NCBI RefSeq assembly: GCF_963921235.1
Contig: NC_086097.1
Coordinates: 217,932,001 to 217,996,000 of the forward strand
Direction: 5' to 3'
Origin: Mobula hypostoma
Taxonomy: Eukaryota
Length of the DNA: 64,000 nt
The notes below the pieces were generated by a model. It did no database searches. It was not told the DNA's origin and saw only the letters and a program-made list of their open reading frames with translations. Within the stretch, counting starts at the first letter, position 1. Each line of letters starts with the position of its first letter. Positions 1-14,000 of the stretch are shown here, one piece after another. Position numbers and translations under genes: made by a program.

Positions 1-475
1 GAATTTACGAATGATTGGCGTGAGGGAAGCCGCTGAAGGTAACAACCCCATGAAATATTTCTCCCAACTTTTAAAAGATGCATTCCCTACTGTATTTCCT
101 GACCAACCACCGCTACTGGATCGTGTTCACAGAATCCCATCATACTCGTCTAGGTCAGATAGACCTAGGCATGTTATCTTACGTTTTCATTACTTTCAAG
201 ACAAGGAGAGACTGTTTCGATTCGCTCGATCTAAAGGTTTCATTGATTTTTCGGATCTTAAGTTCCGATTCGTGGAAGATTTCAGTAAACCAATCTGGGA
301 CCAACGGGTCCGTTACAGATCCGTGATGTCGGAATTCTATAAGAGGGATTTAAGACCAGCGCTGCTGTACCCTGCACGTCTAAGGATTCGCATGGCAGAT
401 GGAGCCCTTCGTTTTTTTGATTCTCCATCGGATGCCCAGAGTTATCTGGATCAACTTTCATCTCCAACATCTTAA
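1..475 (+). CDS. L1 ORF1p C-terminal part (RRM/CTD; partial)
   Basis: Motifs LDRVHR, RPRHVILRFHYFQDKE, RFVEDFS, LLYPARLRI typical of vertebrate L1 ORF1p; open from window start to TAA at 475. Confidence 0.88.
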   Translation, partial: NLRMIGVREAAEGNNPMKYFSQLLKDAFPTVFPDQPPLLDRVHRIPSYSSRSDRPRHVILRFHYFQDKERLFRFARSKGFIDFSDLKFRFVEDFSKPIWDQRVRYRSVMSEFYKRDLRPALLYPARLRIRMADGALRFFDSPSDAQSYLDQLSSPTS

Positions 476-1198
476 TTGCTTTCTTTTTAATTTTCTCCGT
501 CGATCGGAGGCTGTGAATTGGTTGGTTTTAACTTTTCTGTGCCCTATTTGGGCAGAAAAGTTTACTTTCGATTTCTTAATATGGCTACTAAACTTTCTTT
601 TTAACTGCGTCATTTCTTTCTTTTCCCAGGGGATTCTGGGTGGTTACTTCCCTTTTGTCATCTTACGTATTTCCTGTGCGGCCTTAAATTTTGTAGTTTT
701 TGTTTAAATTTTATTCTGTTTTGCTTTTTATAATCACTTTATGTTAATAATCCTATTTTTTTTTGTTGCTGTGTCTATTCATGAGTTTGAGGTTTATTGT
801 GGTTTTTTTTTAATATATATTTTCCGGCTTTTGTTCTGTTCTGTGTGTATTCTAATTGAGTTAACTTTTTTTAACTTATTTTTTTACTGTTTTACAGTTA
901 GCTGATCCTTTTCATATTTATACCTTTTTTTTAGGGAGCGTATACCGGAAGTCATGGGGGTAGTTTTAGCGCTTGCTTCTTTCTGGCGGGTCTGCTTTAG
1001 ATTTTGCCTTGGGGTCTTGGGCTGGGGGGTGGCGGGAGGGGCTTCACGTTTTAGTTTGTTTTTCTTTGGGCTATATACATTATTGAAGTACTGGTTGCGT
1101 CCTTTTCCCCGGTATCTTTTGTATGTTCTGTTTCCTCTCCGGGTTTGTGGGTCGCGCCTATTGTCAATCCTCCTTGTCGTGGGTTGACTTTAGGATTT

Positions 1199-4100
1199 AT
1201 GGAGTCTATTATTAATTTTGTCTCCTGGAATACTAATGGTCTTAATCATCCTATTAAAAGAAAAAAAGTTTTTAAAGTGTTCCGGAGACTTAAAGCACAA
1301 ATTTTATTTTTACAAGAGACCCATGTACGAAGGGGGGACAGACTACGTTTTTTCAAATTCTGGAAGGGACAACAATTTCATTCGAACTCCAATGCTAAGA
1401 TTCGAGGCGTCTCTATTTTTATAGATTCCTCAGTTACTTTTATACAACAGGATATTATCTCTGATCCGAATGGTAGATTTTTATTGGTTAGTGGTTTACT
1501 ATTTAATAAAAAAGTAGTTTTGGTTAATGTTTATGCTCCTAATATGGATTGTCCGGAATTTTATAAATCATTGTTTGATCAGTTTCCGAATTTGAACGAG
1601 TTTTCATTGATTTGGGGCGGAGATCTTAATACCTGTTTATCTCCAGCTTTGGACCGTTCGGCTCCTTTACGGACTTTACCTAATAAATCTGCAAATTTGA
1701 TTAATTTTTTCCTTTCTGATTCTGGGTCGACGGATATTTGGCGTTTTCTGCATCCTCAGGAAAAAGATTTTTCCTTTTTTTCACATGTTCATCATTCCTA
1801 TTCAAGAATTGATTATTTTTTTATTGATTCTCGTCTCATTCCTTCAGTGATTAAATGTGATTATGATTCTATAACCATTTCGGATCATGCTCCACTTAAG
1901 CTTTCTATTAAAATTATGGCCAATATACCAAACAATAGACAATGGCGTTTTAATTCGCTGTTGCTTCAGGACTCGGACTTTGTTAATTTTATGAATGAAC
2001 AGATTGAGCTTTTTTTTATAATTAACCATACAGAAGATATTTCGGTTAACACTCTTTGGGACACTTTTAAAGCCTATATTCGGGGTCAGATTATTTCGTA
2101 TTCCGTTGCTTTGAGGAAGAAACAGAAGCAGGAGGAGATGGCAATTGTGGACAAGATTAAAGAAATTGATAAGAAATATGTTATGGCTCCTTCTGAGGAG
2201 CTATACAAACAAAGAACTGAACTTCAAATGGAACACAGTTTACTACTCTCGTCCTCGATTGTAAACCAATTAAAGAAAACAAGAAGTGATTTTTATGTTC
2301 ACAGTGATAAAATTGGCAAGCTGCTGGCTAATCAATTGAAATCTAATTATGTTAAATCTCAAATCAATCAGATTTATAACCAAAATGATCGATTGATATT
2401 GGATCATGTGGGGATTAATCAAACCTTTTGTGATTTTTATTCTTCTTTATATCAATCAGAGTCTCCTCGAGATTCTAAATATATGAATGATTTTTTAGAT
2501 AAGTTAGACTTTCCTCAGATTTCACAGGATATGTCTTCTTTATTAGATACTTCCATTACAATGGATGAGATTAAGAATGTTATTTTTTCTATGAATCTGG
2601 GGAAAGCTCCTGGCCCTGATGGGTTTACCGTTGAATTTTATAAATGTTTTGCTTCTTTATTGATTCCTTGGCTCTATCAGGTTTTTGAGGCTTCTTTGAA
2701 ACTTGGTAAACTTCCGGAATCTTTTAATAGAGCATCAATTTCTTTAATACTAAAGAAGGATAAAGACCCTGCTCAATGTGCATCTTATAGACCAATATCT
2801 TTATTAAATGTTGATTCTAAAGTTTTTTCTAAGTTATTAGCAAATAGACTAGAAAAAGTACTTCCTTCTATTATTTCAGAAGACCAAACGGGTTTTATTA
2901 AAGGTCGTTACTCTTTTTATAATATTCGTACATTGTTAAATATCGTTTATACTCCCTCACAAAATGTTCCTGAGTGTGTTATTTCTTTAGATGCCGAGAA
3001 AGCTTTTGATAGAGTAGAATGGCCTTATTTATTTAAGGTGCTTGAAATGTTTAATTTTAGCCTGAAATTTATATCCTGGATTAAACTGTTATATCACTCC
3101 CCTGTAGCCTCGGTTCGTACTAATTCTTTAAACTCACCTTTTTTTCCTCTCTTTCGTGGTACTCGACAAGGCTGTCCTCTTAGTCCCCTATTATTTGATA
3201 TTGCATTAGAACCTCTTGCAATTGCTATTCGAGAATCTTCAAATATTACTGGGATAACTCGGGGATTAAAGTCCCATAAATTATCACTCTATGCTGATGA
3301 TTTACTTTTATATATTTCTAATCCTGAGAGATCTATTCCTGCTGTTTTAGAGTTATTAGCACAATTTGGTCTTTTCTCAGGTTATAAATTAAATCTTAGT
3401 AAGAGTGAACTTTTTCCGATTAATAAACATCTTCCCTTATATTATAAATTTCCATTTAAATTGATTAATAATCACCTTTCATATCTTGGGATTAAAATTA
3501 CTTGTAAACATAAAGATTTATTTAAGACTAACTTTTTACCATTAATAGACCATATTACTCAACTTTCATCTAAATGGTTTCCTTTATATTTAACTTTGAT
3601 TGGTCGTATTAATGCAGTTAAGATGTTTTTTTTGCCAAAATTTTTATATGTGTTTCAGGCATTACCAATTTTCGTTCCTAAATCTTTTTTTGATAAAGTC
3701 GACTCTAAAATTTCTTCATTTATTTGGCAGAATAAGAATCCGAGACTGGGTAAAATACATTTACAGAAAGCTAAGAGAGATGGAGGTTTAGCATTACCTA
3801 ACTTTAGATTTTATTATTGGGCTATTAATATTCGACATATGAAATTTTGGTTACTTGACCGGGATATACTATCTATTCCTAAATGGGTAGCATTGGAATT
3901 ACAATCTGTTCAGGGTTATACACTTGGTTCTATTTTAGGTTCATCTCTTCCTTTTGATTCGAAACGCCTTAAGCAGGTCTCTAACCCGATCGTTAAATAT
4001 GCTTTGCGTATTTGGTTTCAATTCAGAAAATTTTTTGATCTTAATCAATTCGGGTTAGCGATTCCTATTTTAGGTAACATATTTTTTCCTCCCTCTTTTA

Positions 4101-4974
4101 CGGATCGCGCTTTTCAAACTTGGAAGACTAAGGGTATTTTACGGTTTTTGGATTTATTTTTAGATGGTTCCCTTATGTCTTTTGAACAATTATCTAATAA
4201 ATATAACCTATCAAGAATACATTTTTTTAGATATTTACAAGTTAGAAATTTTCTAAGTACTATACTTCCTTCCTTTCCAATGCTTCCTCCTATATATATT
4301 TTAGCTTGGATAATTAACCTTAATCCATGTCAGAAAGGTGCATCGGCTATGATTTATAATATTATTATGAAACTCAGGAAAGCTCCATTTGATAAGATTA
4401 GGGTAGATTGGGAACAGGAATTGGGGCTTACCATTTCTGTGGATGATTGGGGGCAGATTTTACAATTAGTTAATACTTCCTCTATTTGTGCTAAACATTC
4501 CCTATTCAATTTAAAGTGGTGCATAGAGCACATATGTCCAAAGATAAGTTAGCGCGTTTTTACTCGCATATTAATCCTTTCTGTGATAGATGTTCGGGGC
4601 AGATAGCCTCTTTAACTCATATGTTTTGGTCTTGCCCTACTTTGGAAACTTTTTGGAGAGATATTTTCAATATTATTTCTAAGGTATTAAATATAGATAT
4701 CTCTCCTCACCCTATTACTGCTATCTTTGGACTACCTAAAATTTCTAGTAATCTTTCCCCTTCAGCCCGTAGAATGATTGCATTTCTTACTTTAATGGCG
4801 AAAAGATGTATTTTACAACATTGGAAAGAGCTTAATGCTCCAACTACCTTTTTTTGGTTTTCTCAGACGATTTTATGTTTGAATCTGGAGAAAATTAGAA
4901 GTAACCTTTATGATTCTTCATTTAAATTTGAACAGATTTGGGGACCTTTTATGCGATATTTTCATTTAATGTAA
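1199..4974 (+). pseudogene. L1 ORF2p (AP endonuclease + reverse transcriptase + C-terminal cysteine motif) with one frameshift near 4505
   Basis: ATG 1199; SWNTNGL, LQETH, GGDLN, SRIDYFF, SDHAP; KAPGPDG, YRPISLLN, GTRQGCPLSP, LYADD; CDRC..HMFWSC lies in shifted frame 4516-4974; restoring one A gives KHSLIQFKVVHR. Confidence 0.93.
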
Positions 4975-5331
4975 TATTTACCCTTCTTGTTTTTTCTTCA
5001 CTGTTTTAATGGAGGTCGGGATTGAGGACGTGATTTTAAGTTTAACTCTGTTTGGTTTCAAGTTAGCCCATTGCTTTGCTTTGCTTTTAGTTAGTTGCAC
5101 GGTGGGTTTTTTTTTGGGGTTTTTTTTTCTTTTTTTCCATTGATATATATAAAATCTAGTATACTATTATGTTATCTTGGTTTCTTATGCTTAAATTACA
5201 TTGTTTGTAGTATTTTCTTTTTGGAATTGTTATCTTTTGGAATTTTATTATACTTTAACATTGTATTAATGTTTATATGGCTTACCTTTTTTGTATACTT
5301 ACTCAATAAAAAGATTTAAAAAGAAAGAAAG

Positions 5332-5592
5332 AACAGAGATGAGGAAGAATTTCTTTAGCTAGATTGAGGTGAATCTGGAATTCATTGCCCCAGGTGACTG
5401 TTGAGGCCAATTCATTAGGGTATATGTAAAGTGAACGGGGTTGATAGGTTCTTGATTAGTAAGGGTGTCAAAGATTACAGGGAGAAATCAGGAGAATGGG
5501 TTTAAGACGGGTATAAATCACCCATGATGGATTGATGGAGCAGACTTGATTGGCTGAATGGTCTAATTCTGCTCCCATTGCTTACAGTCTTA
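5332..5592 (+). mobile_element. CR1 LINE 3' fragment (host of the L1 insertion)
   Basis: Reads ..TEMRKNFFS.. and resembles CR1 3' ends at 45470-45724 and 62200-62470. Confidence 0.75.
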
Positions 5593-7194
5593 GTATTTTC
5601 TTTGAGTGCTTTATGCATTATTTTTAAACTTTCTAAAAATAGGTTTCAATATTAAATTTAAGTAATTTATTTAATGGCATGTGCATAGCATCTAAGATGA
5701 TACACTGTTTTTGAACCTGTCGGTTTGATTTTTCTGAGTGCTTTTTAGTGACATCACAATTTACTTCATGCTTATGCCTCAGTTGGTTCATCTGCATAAA
5801 TCTGAATCTTTCAAGAGCCTTCTTTTCTCGTGTTGTGAAAGTCAAATGTTTAACATTTTTGCTTCCCTTGAAAATAAACGTGAGAAAAGTGCATGAGAAG
5901 AATATTGATGATGTTGTGCTTGTTCCACCGTTCATGAAGATTACTGCAGATTTTTTTTAACCTTTCTACTATTTTCCTATGCTTACTACATATCCTCTTG
6001 TTTCCTAAATATCTAAAAAGTTCTGTTGATTTCTGCCTTGAATCAACGTAACAAAGCCTCTACAGCCCTCTTCAGAATATTTGATAATATTCAATATGTG
6101 AAGAAATGAATGGTAATGAGAAGTACTGCAGCTGCTAATTCAGGGCCATTGGTCATCTTAGAGACTTAATTTGGAAGCTGACAAGTAACTGACAATGCAG
6201 CTGCTGGCTGACAAGTAGCTAGCAGCTGTAATTTGGAGATGAAGGTGACTGTAGATTCATGGCAGTACACACTTACAACTGTATACCAAATATAGTTAAG
6301 ATAGTGTAATAATACAACTCACAACAGATAATGGGTCATTTAGGTTTATAACTTGCTCTTAAACCTGCTGGCTCTGTTTCAAACATCTTGAGAGTAAATA
6401 ATATGGAAAATCTTTTGGAGAAGGAGATAAATAGCTAGACTACGAAATAAATCTGTTGTGCTTAAAAATTACTTCAGTTGCGCCTGCAGAAAGAAATACA
6501 AACATAAGTTCAGTAAGAGCAAAGTTTATTATGTAGCTTAGATTTTTGGGTCGTTATTTCTGAAAGGGTGAATTTCCTAAACTAGAACAGCTGTAATGCA
6601 AGGGTCGCCAGTACTGTGATCTGTGGTTCTAGGCGCCATAGCTGGGGAAAATCATCTCTGTATCAAGCCACTAAAAACTTTGTTTCCGTCAGATCTTTCA
6701 TACTTCTAATAGACATTCGGGTAACTTTGCCTAACCTCTCCTCACATGACAAGCTCTCCATATTGGGTATCATTCTGGTGAACATTTTGTATACCTTCTG
6801 TTACAAGTATATGCTTCTGTTGTTAGGAAGACCAAGTCAGATTGCTAGCACTTAAGTTGTACTCAAATTCTCTTGTAAAAAAGCCAACAAAATGTTCTCC
6901 TTTGTTATTACCTGTTTGGACTGCATACAGGTGACTCCTGCGTGTAATCTGCATTCAGATAATGGAAATTCATTTTCACAGAATTTGCAAATCACTACTT
7001 AAAAATTTGAGCTATGGATTAACATTTGCTCTTATAGAATTTAAGTAGAAAAAAGATAAATATAATTTTCAACTCTTATTTCTTGATGCATGTGCAGTTA
7101 ACAGTTTTGCATTCTGGAAAATCGTAATAAAGGCATTTTTCTAGGAACACAAACACCCATAACACGGGGTTAGACTGTTTTAACTTTCATTGAT

Positions 7195-8900
7195 TCATAC
7201 ATAAAGACACTCGGGTCCCTCTGAAGACCAGTGCTTTTCAGTTTCTCACTATTTAAATAAAAGAACCTTTCTATTTTGCTTCTAAAGTGGATGCCCTTGC
7301 ATTATTCCACAATACATTTCATCTACCATATCCTCACGGTGCTCAGTTTGTTTATATCCCTGATGCTCCTTTACATTTTCCAGCTGACCTATCCAGTAAC
7401 CTAGATTTGTACCATCAGCAATCATGAATGCACTTGATTTCCCCTATCTAAATCATTAATATAGATTATGAACAACTGGAGCCCCAGCACTCATACTTGT
7501 GTCACCTCATTTGTTAAGTCTCCCAACCTTTTAAGAGACTCTTAGATTGGTACATAGAGCTTAGGAAAATAGAGGGCTATGGGATAACCCTAGGTAATTT
7601 CTAAAGTAAGTACATATTCGGCACAGCACTGTGGGCCGAAGGGCCTGTATTGTGCTGTAGGTTTTCTATGTAACCTAAAATGATCTGTTTATTCCTATTC
7701 TGTTTTCTGCCCATTAATCGATTCTCAACTAACATCAGTAAATTATCTCCAATACAACATGCTGCAATTTTGTTCAATAATTTCTTGTGTAGCATCTCCA
7801 AAGATTAAATACACTGCTTCGCCCTAATCTATTCCGCTATTACAATCTCAAAGTAATTCCAAGTGGTCTCAGTTTTAATGAATCCATGTGGCATAACTAA
7901 TTAGTATTCATGAATTTATTGCTTTCTTCAATTAATTTCTACAAAGTTAGTGTTTATTAACACTAAATTCTTTGAACCCCTTAGTTACCACAGCTCTGTA
8001 GAATTCCATGATTGCTGGGAAGTTTCCTGTATCTATAATGTCAGACAAAAAGACGATTTGTATGTGAGCCACAATTAAAGTTTGTCATTTTCCTTTCATT
8101 ATTTAATTGTCTCTCTTGTTAGCCTACTCATCCATTCTACTTTCCCTTTCTTTATTAATGCTTTGATCCTTTGCTGAATTCTGAAATTTACCATTAGTTG
8201 TGTTTGTTGCCTTTAGCAATCTAATCAACCTCTTCTTTTGATCTAATGTTATGCCATCTTTAACGTGAAAATCACTTCTGGAATACTTTTCCTGTTTTAT
8301 TTTATCTTAAAGGGAAATATATTACTTGTATTAGTTCTTCAGAAGGTAGCAATTGTTTGTTTACTTTCATACTTTTATTGCAGTTTTGCAATCTATCATG
8401 ACCATATGATTTATAGTTTTCTTATTTCTATTTAAAAACTGATTAATCCCACAATGAATTAAATCACTTTCACCTGTGTATAACATTTAATAAACATTAT
8501 TTCTTACAGGTTGCATATAATCAATTATACAATACTAGATTTAAAGCTGCCTGTTTCTCATTGGTTCTTTGATACATTGATCTAGATTATCATCTTTTAT
8601 AAACTCCATTAATTCTCTTCCATGCTATCATGGCTACTTTGGTTGTAGATTGAAGTTCCCATGAATATTTTAGTCACTGCATTTCCCAGTTTCTTAATTT
8701 GTACTGTGCCTGACATTGTCCTTGCTGTTTGAGAGCCTGTATACAACTTGAGAGCCTGTATACAACTCACATCGGTGTTTTCTGTTCTTTGCTATTACTT
8801 ATTTTCTGATAAACTGATACTTGATTTTCTGTACTAGAATTCTTCTTTTTTTACAACCTAATCCTGTTCTCTAAAACCCAGCTCCTCTTCCAATTGCTAT
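7195..8900 (-). mobile_element. Heavily decayed CR1 LINE remnant, with a small + strand CR1 3' end at ~7545-7670
   Basis: Minus-strand RT remnants (LLNKI..CIGDNLL..VENRLMGRKQ; SVLGLQL); 7545-7670 matches 47880-48012; boundaries approximate. Confidence 0.55.
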
Positions 8901-9754
8901 TTTAAGGTAACCTGGAGTATTAATTTTCAACTTTCATCACTTTAATATGTGTAATGGCCGTTAAATTATAATAACTTTTCTTGTATTTATGGATGCTATA
9001 TTCATTGTCACACACACGCGCGCTTTGGCCTGGGTCTGGACAAGAATTAAACCCCACATAACTGACCAGATTTTGACCCATACATTCAATCCAATTGATC
9101 TTATTCACAATTTATATGTAGCTGAGGTCATAATTCAATGGTTATCACTTTTGTTGTCTTTAATTTGGGTCTTAGCCACTTATGTTCCTTCATCAGAACA
9201 TATTTTATCTTATCCATGTCATTGGTTCCCATATGAACAATTGCAATGTCCCTTTCTATTCCAGTACAGCATATGGATCTTGTTCTCACAGCTATTCTAA
9301 GCAATGTCTCCTAATAACACGTCCTCTTTACCACTCTTTTTTCAGTCCAAGGTGCTTTGTGTGTTTTATTTTTCCATTCTACAATCTTTGCAGGCTGAAA
9401 ACTTCATACCTGATATCAGGTACAAGGGCTGAGACTCTGACCAGCATTGCTGTGTACTGGAGCCCTATACCTAACTCGATTCTTTCTCACTTAACTGACC
9501 AGTTTAAAGGATGTACATTTGTCCTGAAGAAATGTGTCCCGGTAATATTCTCCCATCCCGACACATTGCGATGTCCACATCCCAGACTCCAACTCACTAT
9601 CACTATCTCTGAGCTGAGTTTCATTGAGCTACAAGCACTCATGGCAGATGCACTTGCCATAGATTCCACTTTTCACTCGTCACAAAGTACAATGTCTTAT
9701 GATTTATGTTCTGCCTCTCTAATTTATGGCTATAGCACTGGAGTATGTACTACA

Positions 9755-10012
9755 AGTATAGTGGTTAGTGGGTTTGCTTTACAGTGCCACTGTAAGATAG
9801 GGGCTCGACTTTCTGCTGCTGTTTGTAAGGAGTTTGCACATTCTCTCTGTGACCTGTGGCTTTCCTCCCCCATTCCAAAGGATGTATAAGTAAACTATGT
9901 TAGTGCTGGAAGTATGGCGACACTTGCAGGCTGCTCAGTACAATACTTGCTGATTTGATTTGACAGAAACAATGCATTTCACTGTATATTTCAATGTGAC
10001 AAATAAAGCTAA
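9755..10012 (+). mobile_element. Degenerate tRNA-derived V-SINE-like element
   Basis: tRNA-like head (AGTGGTTAG..GGCTCGACT), central GGAGTTTGCACATTCTCTCTGTG..CCTCCCCCATTCCAAAGGATG, AATAAA near the end. Confidence 0.5.
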
Positions 10013-10065
10013 TTTTTTTTAAGCTTATTGCTTTGACTGCATTGCTGAAATTAGATCTGTAAGTG

Positions 10066-10858
10066 CAGTGGATTCTGATTTCTTTGGGCACATTGGGACC
10101 AGTACATTTGTCCCAATTAAGCAGCTGTCCCAGTTAGCTGGTTTCATGGAAATATTTTAAAAAAGGTATTTTTAAAAAAAAGCAAGCTATGCACCGTTTA
10201 ACTGAGTATTAAATTCTGTATTTAAGTGGTGTTGCAACATATTAGAACACTACCAAAAATACTACAGCACTGTATAACTGCATTGGTTCTTAATAATTAT
10301 CAATGGAGAAATTTATTCTGTGTATGCTGACATATTCTTTTGACTGATTATAAGTGAGCAAAATCAGTGCAGACACTTCGTGCAGATTGGAACAGTGCTT
10401 TCAATGATTACATCCTCTAAATCTTCATTTTCATTGTAACATTCAAGATGATTGTCGACACCTTCAAATTCTTTGTAGTTCCTAACTTGTTGAAATAGTG
10501 AGATCATTTCCCTCCAGGCTGTTTCTGGCATCTCCAAGCGGCAGTGAGCAAAACATTTCTAAATTGTCTTACTGTTTATTACTCGCCAACTATTAGTGAC
10601 TGAAAATTCACTGCTTTTTGAGCATAGACACATGAAACTGACACTATTCAAAACTCTTTGCTCTAAGCATGACTGGTGCTAGTTGGAAACTGTTTGGCAA
10701 CAGTCTCCTGTCCTAATTAAGTGGCATGTACCATTTTTCCCAAATAGACGAGGGGAGGGGAATCCCAGCAATTTTCTCGATCAGTTTTTGTTCTTTAAGA
10801 GTTGTCCCAAGTAAGCAGCTGCCTCGATAAGATGATGGCCCATTAACAGAATCCACTG
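10066..10858. mobile_element. Non-autonomous Tc1/mariner-superfamily (Tigger-like) DNA element
   Basis: TIRs CAGTGGATTCTG (10066) and CAGAATCCACTG (ending 10858) followed by TA. Confidence 0.65.
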
Positions 10859-11024
10859 TATTTGTAGAGTAGAAATAGTCTGACACCTTAAAAAGTATGT
10901 TAATGTAGCAGTGTTTCTAGGACTTTTTTTACACGAGGCCTCAAGGTACAAGATTCTGTCTCTCTCAAAATCCAGAGCATCTTGTTTCATAGTACAGGCC
11001 TAACATATGTGAAGGCCTGTCCTC

Positions 11025-14000
11025 CAAAGTGATTTCAATATGACCCCTGCTTCTTGTGATTTTTATAAATGACTTGGATGAGGAAGTGGAGGGGTGTTTT
11101 AGTAAGTTTATAGATAACACAAAGCTTGTAGGTTTTGTGGATAGTGTAGAGGGTTGTCAACAGTTAAATAGATAAAGACATAATGCAGAGTTGAGTGGAG
11201 AAATGGCAGATGGAGCTCAATCTTGTAAAGTGTGAAGTTGTACAATTTGGAAGATTGAAATTAAACTACTACTACTATGTCGACTCAGGCCTAGGGGGCC
11301 GGTGTTGGGCACGATGACAGACTCTCCACTTTTCCCTCTCCCTCATCAGTGTGTTCAGTTCATCTACATTAGCCGCGCCACTGTTTTCTAGGAGCGGGTT
11401 GACCATGGTCTTGGGAGGGCGCCCAGGGTTCATTCTTCCGTGCTTGGGCTCCCATATGATGACTAGGCTGGCAGGTAGCTCAGGGTGGCGTAGACAGTGC
11501 CCCGCTAGTTACAGTCTTCTCACCTCGATTTTAGTAGAGAACATTGGTAGGTTGTTGTAGAGCTCAACATTTGTCGTTTGCTATTGCCAACACACATCAA
11601 GAGCAATCCAGAGCATTTGTGTATAGCAACCATCTAGAGACTTTCGCATCATCTTGGTGAGTGTCCACGTCTCGCGTCCGTACGTGAAAATAGACTCTAT
11701 GACTGCTATGAAAATCCTCCTTTTAAGCCCTCTGGTCAGGTTTGATTTCCAGATTTCCTTCATGTCGTTCATAGCCCTCCATGCCAGCGCCTTCTGTATC
11801 TTTATGTCCTTCTCCAAGCTCATCATTCTTGACCCGAGGTACTTGTAGTCAAAGACTTTCTTAATGGTATCATTCTCTACGGTCTTGAGAGTACCTTCGT
11901 CGCAGTTAAACGCCATGTACTCTGTCTTTTTAGCGTTTAGGTGAAGTCCAACTTTATTGCATTCAATTTCCACTTTTGTCAGTAGCTGCTGTGCTTCCTC
12001 CATCTGGTCAGAGAGCAGGACTATGTCATCTGCAGAATCGAGATCTGTGAGTGTAACTGGTCTGACCCTTTTGGTTCTCCCTGTTTTTATGGTAAAACCA
12101 AGCTTGTCATGATCTTTGGTAGCTTGACGTAGAGCGTAATCAAGGACAATTATAAAGATGTAGGGTGCCAGAGTGTCTCCTTGCGGCACACCAGCTAGGA
12201 GCTCGAACATTGCTGTTTCTCCGTCTGGTGATACAACTTTCGCCATGGTTTTGGTATAGCGGGACTCTATTGCTCTCAGTAGATGGTCTGGCACTCTGTA
12301 AGCTTTCAGGATCTTCAGCATTTTACCTCGGTGAATGGAGTTAAAAGCTTTGCGAAAGTCGATGTAAGTAAGCAGGGCTGGTAGGTTGTTCTTCTTGACT
12401 TCCTCAATAATCCTATGGAGAGCAAGTATTTGCATTACTGTTGTGCACTTCTCCGAAAACCATTCTGATTGAATCTTAGCTTAGGGTCAATGGCGGTGCA
12501 AATCCTGTTCAAGATCATCCGATTGTATAACTTTGCTAAGATGCAGGTCAAGCTGATGCTGCGGTAGTTATCTGTCTTTGTGAGGGATCCAGACTTGGGG
12601 ATTGGGATAATGTTTGAGTGACCACTGTTGTTTCGTCAATGCCGTATTAGATATATCCAGCAAGATGTCATCCAGGTCGCAGTTCTTCAGGACATCTGGT
12701 GGTATCCCATCTGGTCCAGTGCTCCTGCCCTGTTTGAGTGCATATTTCTTCAGTTCCCCAATAGTGAATGGGCCATCACTGATGTCGACTTGCATTAGTA
12801 TCGTGGGTATGTCATCTTCTTCTTCTGTGATCGTTGAAGGGCTTCCCAGCAGGTTCTTAAAGTGAGTAAACCATGTCAGGACATGGTCCTCTGCTGTTTT
12901 ACCATTTATTTGACCTAATGGGGACTCCTTCCGTCTACTGATCTCATTGACTAGGCGCCATGCTTCTCCATGCTGCATGTCTTCATTAGTAGCTTCTATC
13001 TCTGTAATCCTCTCAGCTAGTTCTTCTTCCTTCAGTCGGTCGTAGGTGGCAAAGAGATTCTTCTTTGCTGTCTTGAACTCGTCTCTTAGCTCTTCTGTTT
13101 CACTCCTTCTAAGTTCGGCATGACAAGCATTGACCACGTTTCTTGCTGAGATGACGTCAGGATGTTTTGAGATCTGACTCTTCTTGATTTGCTTCACAGT
13201 AGGCAAACTCTTTGTTGCATCTGTGTGTGCATCTGTGAGCCGTTGATAGCGGTCGGTGGTAGTCTCTTCCTCCTCCCTTTCCAGTGGGCTGAAGTGATTT
13301 CTCACCTCCACTGTGTACTGGGCTTGAAGAACAGGTTGTGAGGAGAATACCTTCCAGTCTATCTTCTCCTTGGGACCTGTGGCTTTGGGTTGCCGCAGGC
13401 TCTGTATCACTTGCATTGAGACTACTCTGTGATCAGAACTGACTGAGTTGAAGGTGCTGTAGGCTTCTGTGTTGATCACACAATTACACCATTTTGTTCT
13501 TATGAGGATGCAATCGAGCCGTTTCCTGTAGATGGAGGCTCTGTTTTCATATGTCCACAGTTTACCAGCTCGCTTCTTGAATTGTGTGTTGGCGGCAATG
13601 AGTCTGTGTCCCTGGATGAAATCAACTAGATATTGTCCATTTCTGTTGGTAAAGTCTTGGTATGAGTATGGAACGTCTTCCAGTCTGACCTGGGCTTTAA
13701 AATCGCCGAACACAGCTAGGAAGTTATGTGCCGGTATTGAAGTGACAGCTTTGTGAAGTTTACTGTAGAAGGCCTCCACCTCCTTCTCCTCACTGCAGTT
13801 GTGTGGGGAGTGACAGAGGTTGCCGGGTTTCCGTCAAATTCCGCAGTAAGGGTTCTGTCATTAACTGATACTACGCCCCTCAGTGCCTCCTTCTCCTTGT
13901 GGTTCAACATCAGCCCTACTCCACCTAGTGCTGACATCGCCGTCAGCTCTCTCCATACAGACGAGGTGATGAGATGCATCCCCTCTACCTCTGAACCTTA

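Larger units (their letters stand above)
1..5331 (+). mobile_element. L1-clade LINE, near-intact, 5' end outside window
   Basis: ORF1 C-terminus, ~720-bp spacer, APE-RT-CCHC ORF2, T-rich 3' UTR, AATAAA at 5305-5310 and A-rich (GAAA)n tail to ~5331. Confidence 0.95.

Noticed and set aside
8862..8906. Possible upstream CSPP1 exon with an LPI motif before GTAA
   Set aside because: No convincing acceptor or similarity; lies at the edge of a decayed CR1
9182..9889. 235-aa ORF as a gene
   Set aside because: No recognisable motif, runs into a SINE, no splice or phase support
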